Below, one piece after another: positions 13,304-25,276 of a stretch of 64,000 nucleotides of DNA. The notes below the pieces were generated by a model. That model made no database searches and was not told the DNA's origin. It saw only the letters and a list, made by a program, of their open reading frames with translations. Position 1 is the first letter of the stretch. The number at the start of each line of letters is the position of its first letter. Origin of the DNA: Parasitella parasitica NRRL 2501 (taxonomy: Eukaryota; Fungi; Mucoromycota); the NCBI GenBank assembly GCA_025201805.1, contig MU619345.1, forward strand, positions 31,383 to 95,382, given 5' to 3'. A program made the position numbers and the translations under genes.

Positions 13304-13532
13304 AGCAAACAAAAAAAAAAGTTGATGTAACTCAGAGAGAGAGAAAAAAAGAATAAAAGAAGGAAAAAATCGTTGATGTAAGGCAAGCCCAAGATCTGGT
13401 TGGAGTGTTAGGATCATCGTCTTCTCTCAAGTCACAGGAAAGCGCATTTCCATCTATAGACACCACCGACCCAAACACTAGAAAGATTTTTTGCTCTTTT
13501 CTTTCTGCAAAAACCAACCGATAGCTTTCAAC

Positions 13533-14627
13533 ATGACAGACAAACTTCCACCCAATTTGCTAAAGTTGTTTGCTCCCCGCCCTCCTTTGGCCTATGTCCC
13601 ACCTCTTGATAAAGACCCTGAGAAGCGTGTGGGATGTATCGTAGATGGTATCGCGTCTCACGTCAATGAACTCAAAAATTATGATAGTGATTACGTTCCC
13701 TGGAAGTCTTTGGAGGAAAAGCGAAAAGAAAAGGTAGCGCATAACATCCATTTCCGGCTGATTTTTTTTAACATGAATGGATTTGTAGGCAGAGATGAAG
13801 AGAAAGAAAGCTGAAGAAGCTTTACAAGAAGCTTTAGCAAAATGTAAGTATAGCTTTAAATTTCCACTAGGGGTGATGAACTAACATCAACATTTGACAT
13901 GACAGATGACCCTGAACAGGACGAAAATATTGATGGCGATCCATTCAATACATTATTCGTTACTCACTTGAGCCCTGAATTGACAGAGTCTGACCTTACT
14001 AGTGAATTTGAATTATACGGCCAGATCAAAAAGGTGCGAATGCATTGTTGCCTAGCAACCAAAGCTAACATATATCTTGTTTGATTATTAGGTTCGTCTT
14101 ATTCGCGATAAAGAAGAAAAGTCTCGTTGTTATGCATTCATAGAGTTTGAAAGAGAGAAGGACATGCGTGGTAAATATTGAGATGATCAATACACGTACG
14201 CTAAACTAAATATTCTCAAACAGCGGCTTATAAGGATGCAGATGGTTTGAAGATCTTGGGACGCCGTATTTTGGTAGATGTTGAGCGTGCTCGCACCGTG
14301 AAAGGCTGGAAACCTCGTAGATTAGGTGGTGGTCTTGGAGGCAGAGTCCAACAGAGATCGTCATCATCTCATTCAATGAGCAACCGTCATAGCAGCCGTG
14401 ATCGTTCATCTTACAATGACCGAGATAGATACAGAGGCGGTGGCGGCAGCAATTATGGAGGTGGATATAATAGAAGAGATGATGATAGAAAAAGATCACG
14501 CATGCGTTCACGAAGCAGAAGTCCAAAAGGATACAAGGACAGAGTTGATCGATACGGTAATCGTGGCGGTGGTAGAGATAAATCAAGAGACCGTATGGGT
14601 AGTAGCGGCAGAAAAGATAGATACTAA
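13533..14627 (+). CDS. SNP1: U1 snRNP 70 kDa protein
   Basis: [31 protein letters not shown] (YAFIEFE), [26 protein letters not shown] tail; 4 introns. Confidence 0.95.
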
Positions 14628-14732
14628 TTCGCCTTCTTGATGATATCACAAGTATACATCTATATATATATATATATTTCCACTTTCTTTCCCTATAAAA
14701 AAAATCTTGATTATATTAACTGTATACGTTTT

Positions 14733-14780
14733 TGTTATTATTATTATCATTATCATTATTATTATTCTTGTTATTATTTA
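14733..14780. repeat. (ATT)n-type microsatellite
   Basis: ttattattattatcattatcattattattatt... Confidence 0.7.
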
Positions 14781-15074
14781 AAATAGTATGGTAACATGTG
14801 TATTTCAAGGATTTGCTGCTGGAAAAAATTATACAGCCAACTGCTACTTTGGACTATCAATGTGCGTTTGTATGCGTAACATGTATATACCGTTTATAAG
14901 CATCAACATTGCTCATTCAAATTTGTGTCGTACATCATATGTGAAATTGGAGCATCGCTTGTAACACACAATCAAATAAAACTAATACTCTTCTCCGAAA
15001 TACATGTTGTGAATTTCCCTCTCTTTTTTTTTTGTTTTTGCCTTTTCATTGTTATATTCCATATACTAATCAAG

Positions 15075-17620
15075 ATGACGGAAGCAGTAATAGAGAGACA
15101 AGAACCAAAAATTGAAAAAATCACAAATATTTTAAAAGACGAATTCCAACTGACATCTCAAATTGATCGGGAAAACCAAAAGAAAAAGTTCATTCCACAT
15201 AAACCCACTGAGGAAGAGACTAACAGAATCAAAGCGGCAGATCCAGGAAGATTTGGTGCTAATTTGATTCAGATTAAGAAGAAACAAACAGCTCTAAACC
15301 AACTTACTCCAAGAGAACAGGAGAGAGAAGGTGAGGTTTATGTATATTCATGGGAGAAGCAAACCAAAAATTAACATGTAGTTTTTGCTACAGACGAATC
15401 AGTAATCAGAGGGTTAAGCCATCTATTTGATAACCAATTCATGGCGGCAAAGACCATCTTTGAGGAAAAGGCAGACTAGTAAGCATTCTATAACAATGAC
15501 AGCATATATATGTTTATATATGATCATTCTTTAATGTACGAGGCATTAGTGACCCATTGAGCGCTCTGGCCCTTAGTTCAATGGCCTTTTTAAAAGGTAA
15601 TTACGTTTGGTATTAATAGGAGATCAGTTTAAATAACACCCTCTTTTCTCACACAAACAAAAAGCTGTCATGGTAAGGCGCAAGAGATGTAGCACAAGGA
15701 TATTGACGTTTATTTATGCTAAAACATGTATGTAGACCTCAACAGATCAAGACCAAGCGATGGCATTGAATGCATTAAATGAAACTTATGATATCGCAAA
15801 CACTCAGTTAGAAGCGGCCAAAAAATCTTCCAAAATATCTGGTTATTTTTCTGGATATTATAATTACTTGAAAAGGAAAGATGATACTACTGCTACTGCT
15901 ACTACGACTGCAGCTGTTCATCCTTCAGCAAACTATCCACCCAACAGCGTCTTGCGTGCGCATGTTCTGAAGGCAGAGTGCTGTCTACAAATTGCTATTC
16001 TACAATTGTTGCAGGAATCGGTCATGGGCTATGTCAAATGCGGTTTGAATTTAAGAAGAGGTAAAGGTGTAGATCAAAAAAAACCAGAATGTGGAAGACT
16101 AACAAGGCGTTCTTTCCCAATCTCAGCTTATTCATCCTATAGCTATGTATGGTCAGAGTACCAGAAGATGGGTGCAGACCATTTAGCATTTATGGATTCA
16201 GATACAATTTCAGGTGTGCAGTTTGGGTAGGCATATATGGCTTAATTTATATGAGATCACACAAAACTCACGGCAATACCTAGTATTGGATCTGTCCATT
16301 TGGTGTTATCTGCACTACCAGCAAAAATTCTGAGAGCGATCTCGGCATTTGGTTGGCAACCAAACAAGAAGTACGGCTTTGTGTTGCTAAATGAATGCCG
16401 TCAGAGTAAACGAGTGAGGTCCTCCATGGCCACCATCATGCTATTAGCCTATTATACAACTGCTATATCCTTTGCTCCGCAGATCATGACAGATACGTAC
16501 AAGAAAGCTGCTATGGATGTAAGATTTTGCGTTATTGCATTTGCCCGACACTAACAATAGCATTTGGATATTGTACGTGTAACAGACACTATTAGATGCG
16601 CAAAAGTATCACCCTAATTCTGCTGTGTTTCTCTTTTTTGCAGGTCGCATGGCGCGTAATGGATTAGATTTGCCTTTATCTACGCAATCGTTTTTGTACG
16701 CAGCTGAAATCAGCCGTGGTGAATGGGCAGAAGTAGCCGTGACAAACTCATGTCGATTCGAGATGGCTGTAAATCACATGTTGACTGGAAATTGGAGCCA
16801 TGCTGCTGCTACATTTGAATATTTGTATAAACAACAATATTGGTCTGCTGCTTTCTGTAGGTACGCCCAAGGCGCTTGCCATGAAATGATGAGTGAACGC
16901 ACGGAAGCAATCTTGATTTTTGCAGAGGTACCTCAATTGGTTGTCAAGAAGCTTGGCGGTCGACTATCAGACATTGATTCTTATGTTCTGCGTAAAATCA
17001 TCATGTTCCAGAAAAGTGGCTACCAAAACTTGGATTTTTATGCCCCCATTCTTGAATTCATGTGTATTTGGAACCTGTTTCCGTACGCTAGTCCTGAGCT
17101 ACTGACCCAAGCGTTGGATCGTGTTCAACTAGGATTGACAGCTATACAAAGATGTGAAAATCGGGAGCAGGAGCAAAGAATGAAGGAATTGGCGCCAGAT
17201 GCTCCTGTGCCTGATTACTTTGATGAAAGAGCCTCGTTATTAGTAGTCAAGGCATCTATCCTAAACGTACTTGGCAGGCCAGCAGACACCACTTTGGATA
17301 TCAACTGGATTTTGGACCACAAGGAATGCATTTCACAAGATAATTGGACGATTCCTTACGCCTTATGGGAGGCAGGCGTTTCTTGCTGGTCCTCCGATCG
17401 CAAAAGCAAAAGTCGACAAGTATGGGAAATGGCCTTGGCCCATGGGAAGCACGATTTTGAACATAGGCTGGCCGTGCGTCTTAATTTAGCATTAACGCAC
17501 GCGGAAGATTTGGGATTTACAGAGTCTAACATTGAGGTTATTGACGATAAAATTCGATTATCTGCAGTGGCATTAGATCAGTCTCCCACAACTGAAGCCA
17601 TTATGTCTTCCTCTTCCTGA
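15075..17620 (+). CDS. TTC39/IML2-family TPR protein, multi-exon
   Basis: AFLKAVMT (through a microexon), LKAECCL, VKCGLNLRR, GVQFG-IGSVHLVLSALP, WTIPYALWE, HDFEHRL. Confidence 0.82.
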
Positions 17621-17674
17621 ATCGTTATTCTTATATTGTTTTTATTTTATAAATCTATTTATACACGAATCTAC

Positions 17675-18389
17675 TTAGAATTCACTGGTTTGACCTGCTC
17701 TCAAAGCTCTTTCTTCGAGGTACAATCCCTTTTGAGTCCATTTCTTGCTTTGAAGCGACTGCAGCACATTGTTCATGTTTGATCTAGCAGCTCTTTCCTT
17801 CTCTTCTTGTTTTGCTCGGATTTCATAAAATTCTGATGTTGCTTTGGCGTAAGCCTTTCTTTCAGGCATTTTTTCATGAGTCATTAAATATAATTGATAT
17901 TTGATTACACTACAAGTAAAAGAATTAGCATCATGCCAATAATAACAAGAGCCACACTTACGCCTCGCCATCAATTTGAGAGGGATGCATGCCATCCAAC
18001 ATGAGTTTACTGAAATCAGTACGATTAATACCCAAATCGTTTTCTACTAGAACCTTTGGTCTAGATAGCTCAAAGGGATGATCCTTGAAAAATTGTCTTC
18101 TAAGCTTGTCTTCAGGATAAACGATAGCACGAGGTCTAGGTGGAGGCGTACGTAAATGTTTTTCAGAATGACGAAGACGGTGAGTTTGACGAGGTTTAGA
18201 TAACAAGCTTTGTTCTGCTTCTGTTTGACCTGAAAGATTGACCTCAGGGTTCTGAGAACGGATGATACTGGGTCCAGGGGGGATAGTTTGGACTACTGAA
18301 AGCCATACTGGCGGCTTTTTCATTAGCTTTCCTTTCAGCATGTTGGATACATGCTTTGCAAGTCCTGTGGGTGGTGCACGGAAAGCCAT
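17675..18389 (-). CDS. RSM25: Mitochondrial small-subunit ribosomal protein mS23 (Rsm25)
   Basis: PPVWL..V...PP, IVYPEDKLRRQFFKDHPFELSRPKVLVE, AYAKATSEFYEIR; one intron. Confidence 0.88.
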
Positions 18390-19720
18390 TGTGGTGTTTG
18401 AGAAAGAGAAATAGATACGTCAAAGAATCAAATTTTTCTGGCCTTTGTTCTCTTCACACCCCCCTAGTAATAAAGCCATTCCGACCACACATTATGGCTA
18501 TTTTTTTAAGAAACCGATGAAAACCAGCTTTGGCACCGGGATTTTTTCGCTACCCACCTTTGAAATTGAAATGATTAACATGAAACCCGTGCACATTCTA
18601 TTTCAGCTGCAACAACGGCTGTTTTTACTCCCTTCCTTCTCAAATCATACACCATAAAAAACATTGTACAACGCCATGCTCTCCCTAGCTTATCACTAGA
18701 TGTACTCTCACTGCCTAATGCCTCTCGTTCATACACAAAGATGCAAACAATCGTATTTTGTTTAATCGTGATTTCGCGCAGATTCGACACGTTCCTTAAT
18801 GGCAATTTTTTATAATATTAAATCGCAAATATACTTACAAGAGCACGTTTCGAGAAACGTGTGGTAATTCAAAAATTTTACACTAATCTGATGGCTTGAA
18901 TATGAAGATCGTACATGTCTATATAAGAGCTACGTATTTCTAGTCATTGCGTTTATTTGTATCAATACCAGCATGTAAAGCTTGTATATAGGCACAGAAA
19001 GCAACTCTGCATTAGAAAACATACTTGCAGGTGTTTTCTTCCAATATCAAAGAAAGTGAATTGCGAATAGTGTATAATGCTGTATATATGAAAAAGGTAC
19101 TACGCATGTCATATCTCTCGGCCTGACGCAATATTTTAAACCATACAATTCTATTCTGGTGTAAAAATCACATAATTATTTTCACTAGCAAAAGGAATAA
19201 GGCAGTATTGTAGCTTTTAATAACATTAAGCAGTTATCATTGGCATTCAATTAATCCAAATTTTTTTTCTTTTTGCTTATTTGCTTATTTGTTTGAGCTG
19301 TCAGATGGTAACTTTCAAAAAAGGTCATCTATTGGGTTATTTCCAAAAGAGAATGTACTGATTTAGTATGGAGCCAGAGAAAATTTTTAATACTGCGTAT
19401 TAAATTTAAGTATTCCATTTTTTCTAATTAGGCATTGGTGAATATAAATCGAAAAAAAAAAGCAAAAGTGGGATAAATTGCATTTGTAGAAACTTGAAGA
19501 ACAAAAAATTGTTGCAATTCGAATATCCTAGATTTAAAGGAGGGCCGTGGTGTTCAGTTAAAGTTGGATCGATACAAAATTTTCGTGTGATGGGAAGGTT
19601 TGTTGTCATTTTCACCCCTGATAGTCTTGATAATAGAACAAACAAAAAGGCAAAGAGTCTATAAAATACCCAAGAGTAAAATCAAGAATATGTCTGATGA
19701 AATCACTCATAACAAACTGA

Positions 19721-19780
19721 AAAGAAAAAAAAAATAAAGAAAAAAAAAAAAAAATAAAAAAAAAAAAAAAAAAAATAGCT

Positions 19781-19815
<35 letters not shown>
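19721..19815. repeat. Interrupted poly(A) tract of about 95 bp
   Basis: Several A runs separated by single T/G bases or short spacers. Confidence 0.8.
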
Positions 19816-19817
<2 letters not shown>

Positions 19818-20209
19818 ACCATTTAATTCAAAATGAGCATTGTTTTATTTGAATTCCAAAATTGACTAGCATATAATAATAAGGTTGGTGGCGTTGAGTT
19901 GATTTCATCATAAACATCATTATAATTCATACATGCATATAAAAAGTGAAAAAAAGAAAGAAAGAATATGTCATATTTGCGTTGCAGAATGGAGCATCAA
20001 GTATTATATATAATGAAACGGAAAAAGAATAAAATATAACAATAGGTACATATATATATGTATAGAGTGGCTATATACTATGGTATAATGAATGCAACGT
20101 CTAGTTTATGCAATTTGGAGAAAGAAGGAATATAGAAGATATTATTGTTAAGAAAACCAAGAGGAGGAAAAAGTGTCATATTGCAATTAACAAACACATT
20201 TGATATGCT

Positions 20210-20731
20210 TCAGCAATGCGGCGCTACCACAGTAGATCGAACTTTTCTTTTATGGATAAATTGTTGAACTTGACCATCCTTTGAGCATGTAGGGTCTGAC
20301 TGAAAATGACGACCTCTTGCATCTGATCTTGCAAATGCTTTTTGACAGCAAGGACAATGATATGGCTTGATGCCTGTATGAACACGCACATGACGCTCTA
20401 AATCGTGTCGTCTTGAAAACGCACGAGTACAATACAGACATTTATGAGGTCTTTCTTCGTCCGCTGGTAGCAAATCAAAAAAGATGGGCTTCTCCTCTGT
20501 GGGCGAGAATGAGGCTTGACTACTGCCGCTGCTTATGCTTGTGGAGGGTGATGTAGTCATCCAATTGGGGGAATTTGGAGCGGCATAGAAACGAGAAGAC
20601 ACACGATAAGATTCATCAGACAAAAGAATAGCGATATCATCCCATAGTAATACCAAATTAGTAGTATCTACAGTAGGCTTGATTTGATTTAAATCAATGG
20701 GATTATTTAATAATTCGTATAAAGATGTCAT
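20210..20731 (-). CDS. Small C2H2 zinc-finger transcription factor (2 fingers), intronless
   Basis: CLYCTRAFSRRHDLERHVRVH, TGIKPY linker, CPCCQKAFARSDARGRH; Ser-rich region. Confidence 0.9.
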   Translation of the reverse strand: MTSLYELLNNPIDLNQIKPTVDTTNLVLLWDDIAILLSDESYRVSSRFYAAPNSPNWMTTSPSTSISSGSSQASFSPTEEKPIFFDLLPADEERPHKCLYCTRAFSRRHDLERHVRVHTGIKPYHCPCCQKAFARSDARGRHFQSDPTCSKDGQVQQFIHKRKVRSTVVAPHC

Positions 20732-21398
20732 TGATGGTGATTATGTAATAATTTTGATGTGATTTGAGAGAAAGAAAAAAAAAAGATGAAGGTCAAAAAG
20801 CTTACCTTTTATACTGGCTGAATTATTAGGCGTCGATGGGGAAAGAGGAGAAGACGAGGAAGGAGTAGGAGACGAGATACGCACACGCTTCTAATAAAAG
20901 AGCAAGAGAGAGAGCATTTGTAAGAGACACAGGCGGACAAATAGGCACAGAGAGAGAAAGAGAGAGACATACAATTGACCGATGATTTTGATGGTTTGCT
21001 GTATTAGTCTAAAATTCAGGGTTAGCAGGCACATGAAAGCCTAAATAGAATAAACTTTCCGCTGAAAGAGAGGTGCACCCCCAAAGTTGTGGTATTATAA
21101 ATTTGGTGAATATAATTAAAGATATGCTCCCACCTTGGTTGCATTCTCTCCTTCTCCCCTGGCGTTACACATGTGACAAGACAAACCCTCTTTTGTGTGG
21201 TATTTGTGTGTACGAGAGAGTGTGTGTGTGTGGATTCATTATCATGGTCTCAGGTGGTTCCATTGTGATATAAGCTATGGATTCTGAGTTGATTGTTAGT
21301 TCATGAGCCTTTTAATTTGGCTTTCTTTCTTCTTTTTTTTTTTTGTTTTTTTTCTTGTCTTTTCATTTCTTTCGCCCTTTAATATCATCAGAAACGCA

Positions 21399-22821
21399 AT
21401 GGGAAACAGTGCATCGAAAAACAAATCAAAATCGCGCAAAATGGTTGCTATGCCAACGAATAACAACAATCATGCTCGATCAATTCCGCAGACAGCAATC
21501 GCTCCTGATTTTCGTAAACCTCAACCAGAATCAGCACAGCATGGAGAACAACAAGATTTCGAGCAGCACGATGAATACGATGATGATTATGACGACGATG
21601 ATGATAACGATGATGATGACAGTGCTGATTGGGATCACGATGGACCTGTAGATATTGAATCTTGCATGAAAAGACTACTTGCAGCCTCACAGCATAAACA
21701 CATCGGAAAAACGCTATGTCTAAATCAAAGAGAAGTGATCGCCATTTGTCATTCTGCCCATGAGAGGTTTTTGGAGCAGCCTGTAAGTTCGATTACACAG
21801 TGAGAGCAATATTCGATTTAACACAAATGATCGTACATCCAATAGACATTACTCGAGCTGGAGTCTGGCATAAAGATAGTAGGAGATGTAAGCAAATAGG
21901 GCCATAATTGCTACACAAAACAATACCCACATTAATTGATTGAAATTAGATTCATGGACAATTCCACGATCTAATCAGAATATTCAAAATGAGCGGATTT
22001 CCACCAACTTCGAATTATCTGTTTCTGGGCGATTATGTGGATAGAGGCATGTACAGTCTGGAGACCATCCTGCTTCTGCTTTGCTTCAAAATCAAGTATC
22101 CAGAGAACTTTTTTCTGTTGCGAGGCAATCATGAAAGTGCAGATGTTACACGAGGTAGGTTAAAGGTTAGGTTCTTATCAATCTCAAACATACATGTAAC
22201 ATGACATGGACCAACTTTAGTCTACGGGTTCTATGATGAATGCAAGCGTCGCATTAACGTGAAGATCTGGAGGCATTTTGTCGATGTGTTTAACACGATG
22301 CCAATTGCCGCTTTGATTGGCAGGAGGATATTTTGTGTCCATGGTGGATTATCGCCGTCAATGCAATCGATGGAACAGATCAAACGTATTCAGCGCCCTG
22401 TTGAAATACCGGAGGATGGGCTACTGAACGATCTGCTGTGGTCTGATCCAAGCGATGTGTCTCCAGACTGGAGTGAAAATGATCGAGGCGTCTCTGTATG
22501 CTTTGGCACCAAAAACATAGACGACTTTTTAACTCGATATGATCTAGACCTGGTTTGCCGAGCACATATGGTGGGATTTGTATTGTTTGGATGGCTTTTT
22601 TAAATGCTCACTGGTGTTATTTTTAGGTTGTGGAGGATGGTTATGAATTTTTCAATCAGCGTAAGTTGGTAACAGTCTTCAGTGCTCCAAACTACTGTGG
22701 TGAATTTGACAATTATGGTGCTGTCATGACTATATCAGAGGAGCTATTATGTAGCTTTGAGCTGTTAGCACCAGATGATAAGGTGGTTACTGATGAACAA
22801 ACCCAAAAAAAGAATAGGTAA
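21399..22821 (+). CDS. PP1-related Ser/Thr phosphatase (Ppz/Ppq-like) with N-terminal extension
   Basis: MGNSAS myristoylation-type start, acidic tract, [28 protein letters not shown]. Confidence 0.92.
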
Positions 22822-24111
22822 AATCACACATGTGCAACCTATACATTAATTTTTGACATTTCAGCTTTTTTTTTCTTGGATGTGTATAGGTTATCATTGC
22901 AACTACCGTCTTGACAAAAAAAAAANNNNNNNNNNNNNNNNNNNNNNNNNNNNNNNNNNNNNNNNNNNNNNNNNNNNNNNNNNNNNNNNNNNNNNNNNNN
23001 NNNNNNNNNNNNNNNNNNNNNNNNNNNNNNNNNNNNNNNNNNNNNNNNNNNNNNNNNNNNNNNNNNNNNNNNNNNNNNNNNNNNNNNNNNNNNNNNNNNN
23101 NNNNNNNNNNNNNNNNNNNNNNNNNNNNNNNNNNNNNNNNNNNNNNNNNNNNNNNNNNNNNNNNNNNNNNAAAAAAAAAAAAAAAAAAAGAAAGAGAAAC
23201 TAATAGTTTACAAGCTAAAGAAAGGTCTTTTTGCACAACTCTTTTCAACATCTTTAGTATCAAATCAGTTAGCACAATGCACACACACATACATTCACAC
23301 ACTTACAAGGCTAACGCTCTAAGTATACTAGTAAAAACACATTCCTGTTTTTACATGGCTCCTCTTCTGATTGCAAATTGTTGGATCAGGCATAATGCAT
23401 GGCCGCTCTGGGATTACGCCAGCATAAATTGTTAGCCAGTAATGGGAATAATGTCGCCTTGCAATATCTATTGGTGAATATGATAAGTTGGCCCCCACGG
23501 GGCCAAGGGGGTTTATTGATGATCAATTTTTATAGGGCCAAGAAAAGATGCATAGATGTTGTGCTGTGTCCAGGTATAAAAGCCTACGCCCAATTGTCTG
23601 AAATGAAGCTCTGTGTTAAAATCAGGGGTATGATAGGAGAAAAACTTTAAAAACATATTTCCCCACCTCCTGATTATGCTAACAGGATTGTGTCTGTCGA
23701 TTCAAGAAACAAGAGCAATAAAGAGAAAGGGAGTCATGATTTTGCTGTCATTATGTAACGAGACTGTAATGGCACTGCATATAAACATTTAAATTGCAAA
23801 AGATAAATTTTACTATAGACTTCAATACAAATTTATACCTGTTGATCCAAATTGCACATAAATCTTGTTACAATTGTACACAATATTTCTCAAAAAAAAA
23901 TTAAAATAAAGTGAGGAAGAGAAAAGGCATTTTTATCATTTTGGAAGATTCGAAATTATGGCTTTTGAAAAAGTCCAGCTTTCTTGAGACAGTTCTCCAA
24001 AGGGTACAGATGCACCAAAAAAGTCACCTTCGCATCAGTTTTGCAAAAAAATACATCTATCAACTTCTTTTTTTGGTACCCTGGAAAAAAACCACTCCTT
24101 AGAATAAAAAA

Positions 24112-25274
24112 ATGTCGCTAGACATAGATTGGAAAATACTCGACTCTGATTTAGCTGGTCGTGTTCAGCAATTCCTGAACAAGCATTTCCAGGCTATAAC
24201 AAAGCCTTCGTTTATTGGAGATGTTCAAGTAAAAGACTTTCAGTGGGGCAATGAAGCACCTCAGATTGAAATAATTAATATAACGGAACCCTTCTCTGAA
24301 TTTTACGAACAAGAAGATACCGATCAACAAGAAACAAATACTACAAAGGCTGCATCCAGTACAAATACAGTTAATCCAACTTCTTCTGCAGCAACAAATA
24401 CAACATCTATACGCCCACAACCATCACCCCTACCACCACAATCAGAATTCTTCTTGTCAGACGATGATGAAGAAACAAGCACTGCGAGGATACCACTAAA
24501 CACGCAGCGATTCAACTATATGCATTCGTTCCATCGATCTCCATTTGTAGCGCCTCAGCACCCATTCAGCCATTCACCGGGTCTGTATTTCTCGTCTCCA
24601 CCCGCCAATCTAACACCCAACGCATGGAATTCCTCACGTCCTTCTTCTGTCATTGAGGAAGATTGGATTGATGATGAAGACATTAATAGGGTGTCAGATC
24701 ACCCTGCATCGATAACACCGCCTAGCAACGCTACCATGACAAACAAACCCTCCACTGAAATGGACTTTCAGGTGCACATGTTGATATCCTACAAAGGCGA
24801 TATGAGCATGACTGTGATGACAGAATTACGGATGAACTATCCAAGTGTCATGTTTATGAGTTTGCCCATCAATTTGCGGGTGCGTTCAGTCGAATTTGAA
24901 GCAACTGCTGTAGTTGCTTATATTCAGAGCATGCAAAGAGTGTGTGTAAGCATGCTGGAACCTGAAGAAAACCGCGCTGGTGGCACCAAGGACGTAGGGA
25001 TGGATAGGTAAATGAAAAATCTATTCATGTGTGAGCTTAATCAAACTCTATTTATTAGTCTGCTACGTGATGTGCATATAGAGACGGTTGTTGGTGATGA
25101 GCAAAAACAAGGTAAATCAACGTACACTTCTCAATCTGAGGCTTGTCGTGTCTAACTTTTGCACCAGTCCTGAAGAATGTTGGCAAAATCGAAAAGTTTA
25201 TTGTAGATCAATTAAGAAAAATACTCGATGACGAGCTTGTTTTCCCTAGTTACCAGTTGATTCAACTCGAATAA
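24112..25274 (+). CDS. MDM12: ERMES subunit Mdm12 (SMP domain)
   Basis: [50 protein letters not shown]; two 3' introns; TAA 25272-25274. Confidence 0.92.
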
Positions 25275-25276
25275 AC

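Noticed and set aside
19540-19580. tRNA-like start gggccgtggtgttcag
   Set aside because: No cloverleaf or T-arm; no tRNA identified by eye in the window
19721-19815. Poly(A) tract as a retroposon tail
   Set aside because: No adjacent LINE/SINE body or TSD; may be a homopolymer assembly error
22787-23435. ORFs containing X runs (also near 37.9, 52.4 and 62.3 kb)
   Set aside because: Artefacts of N-gaps flanked by homopolymers
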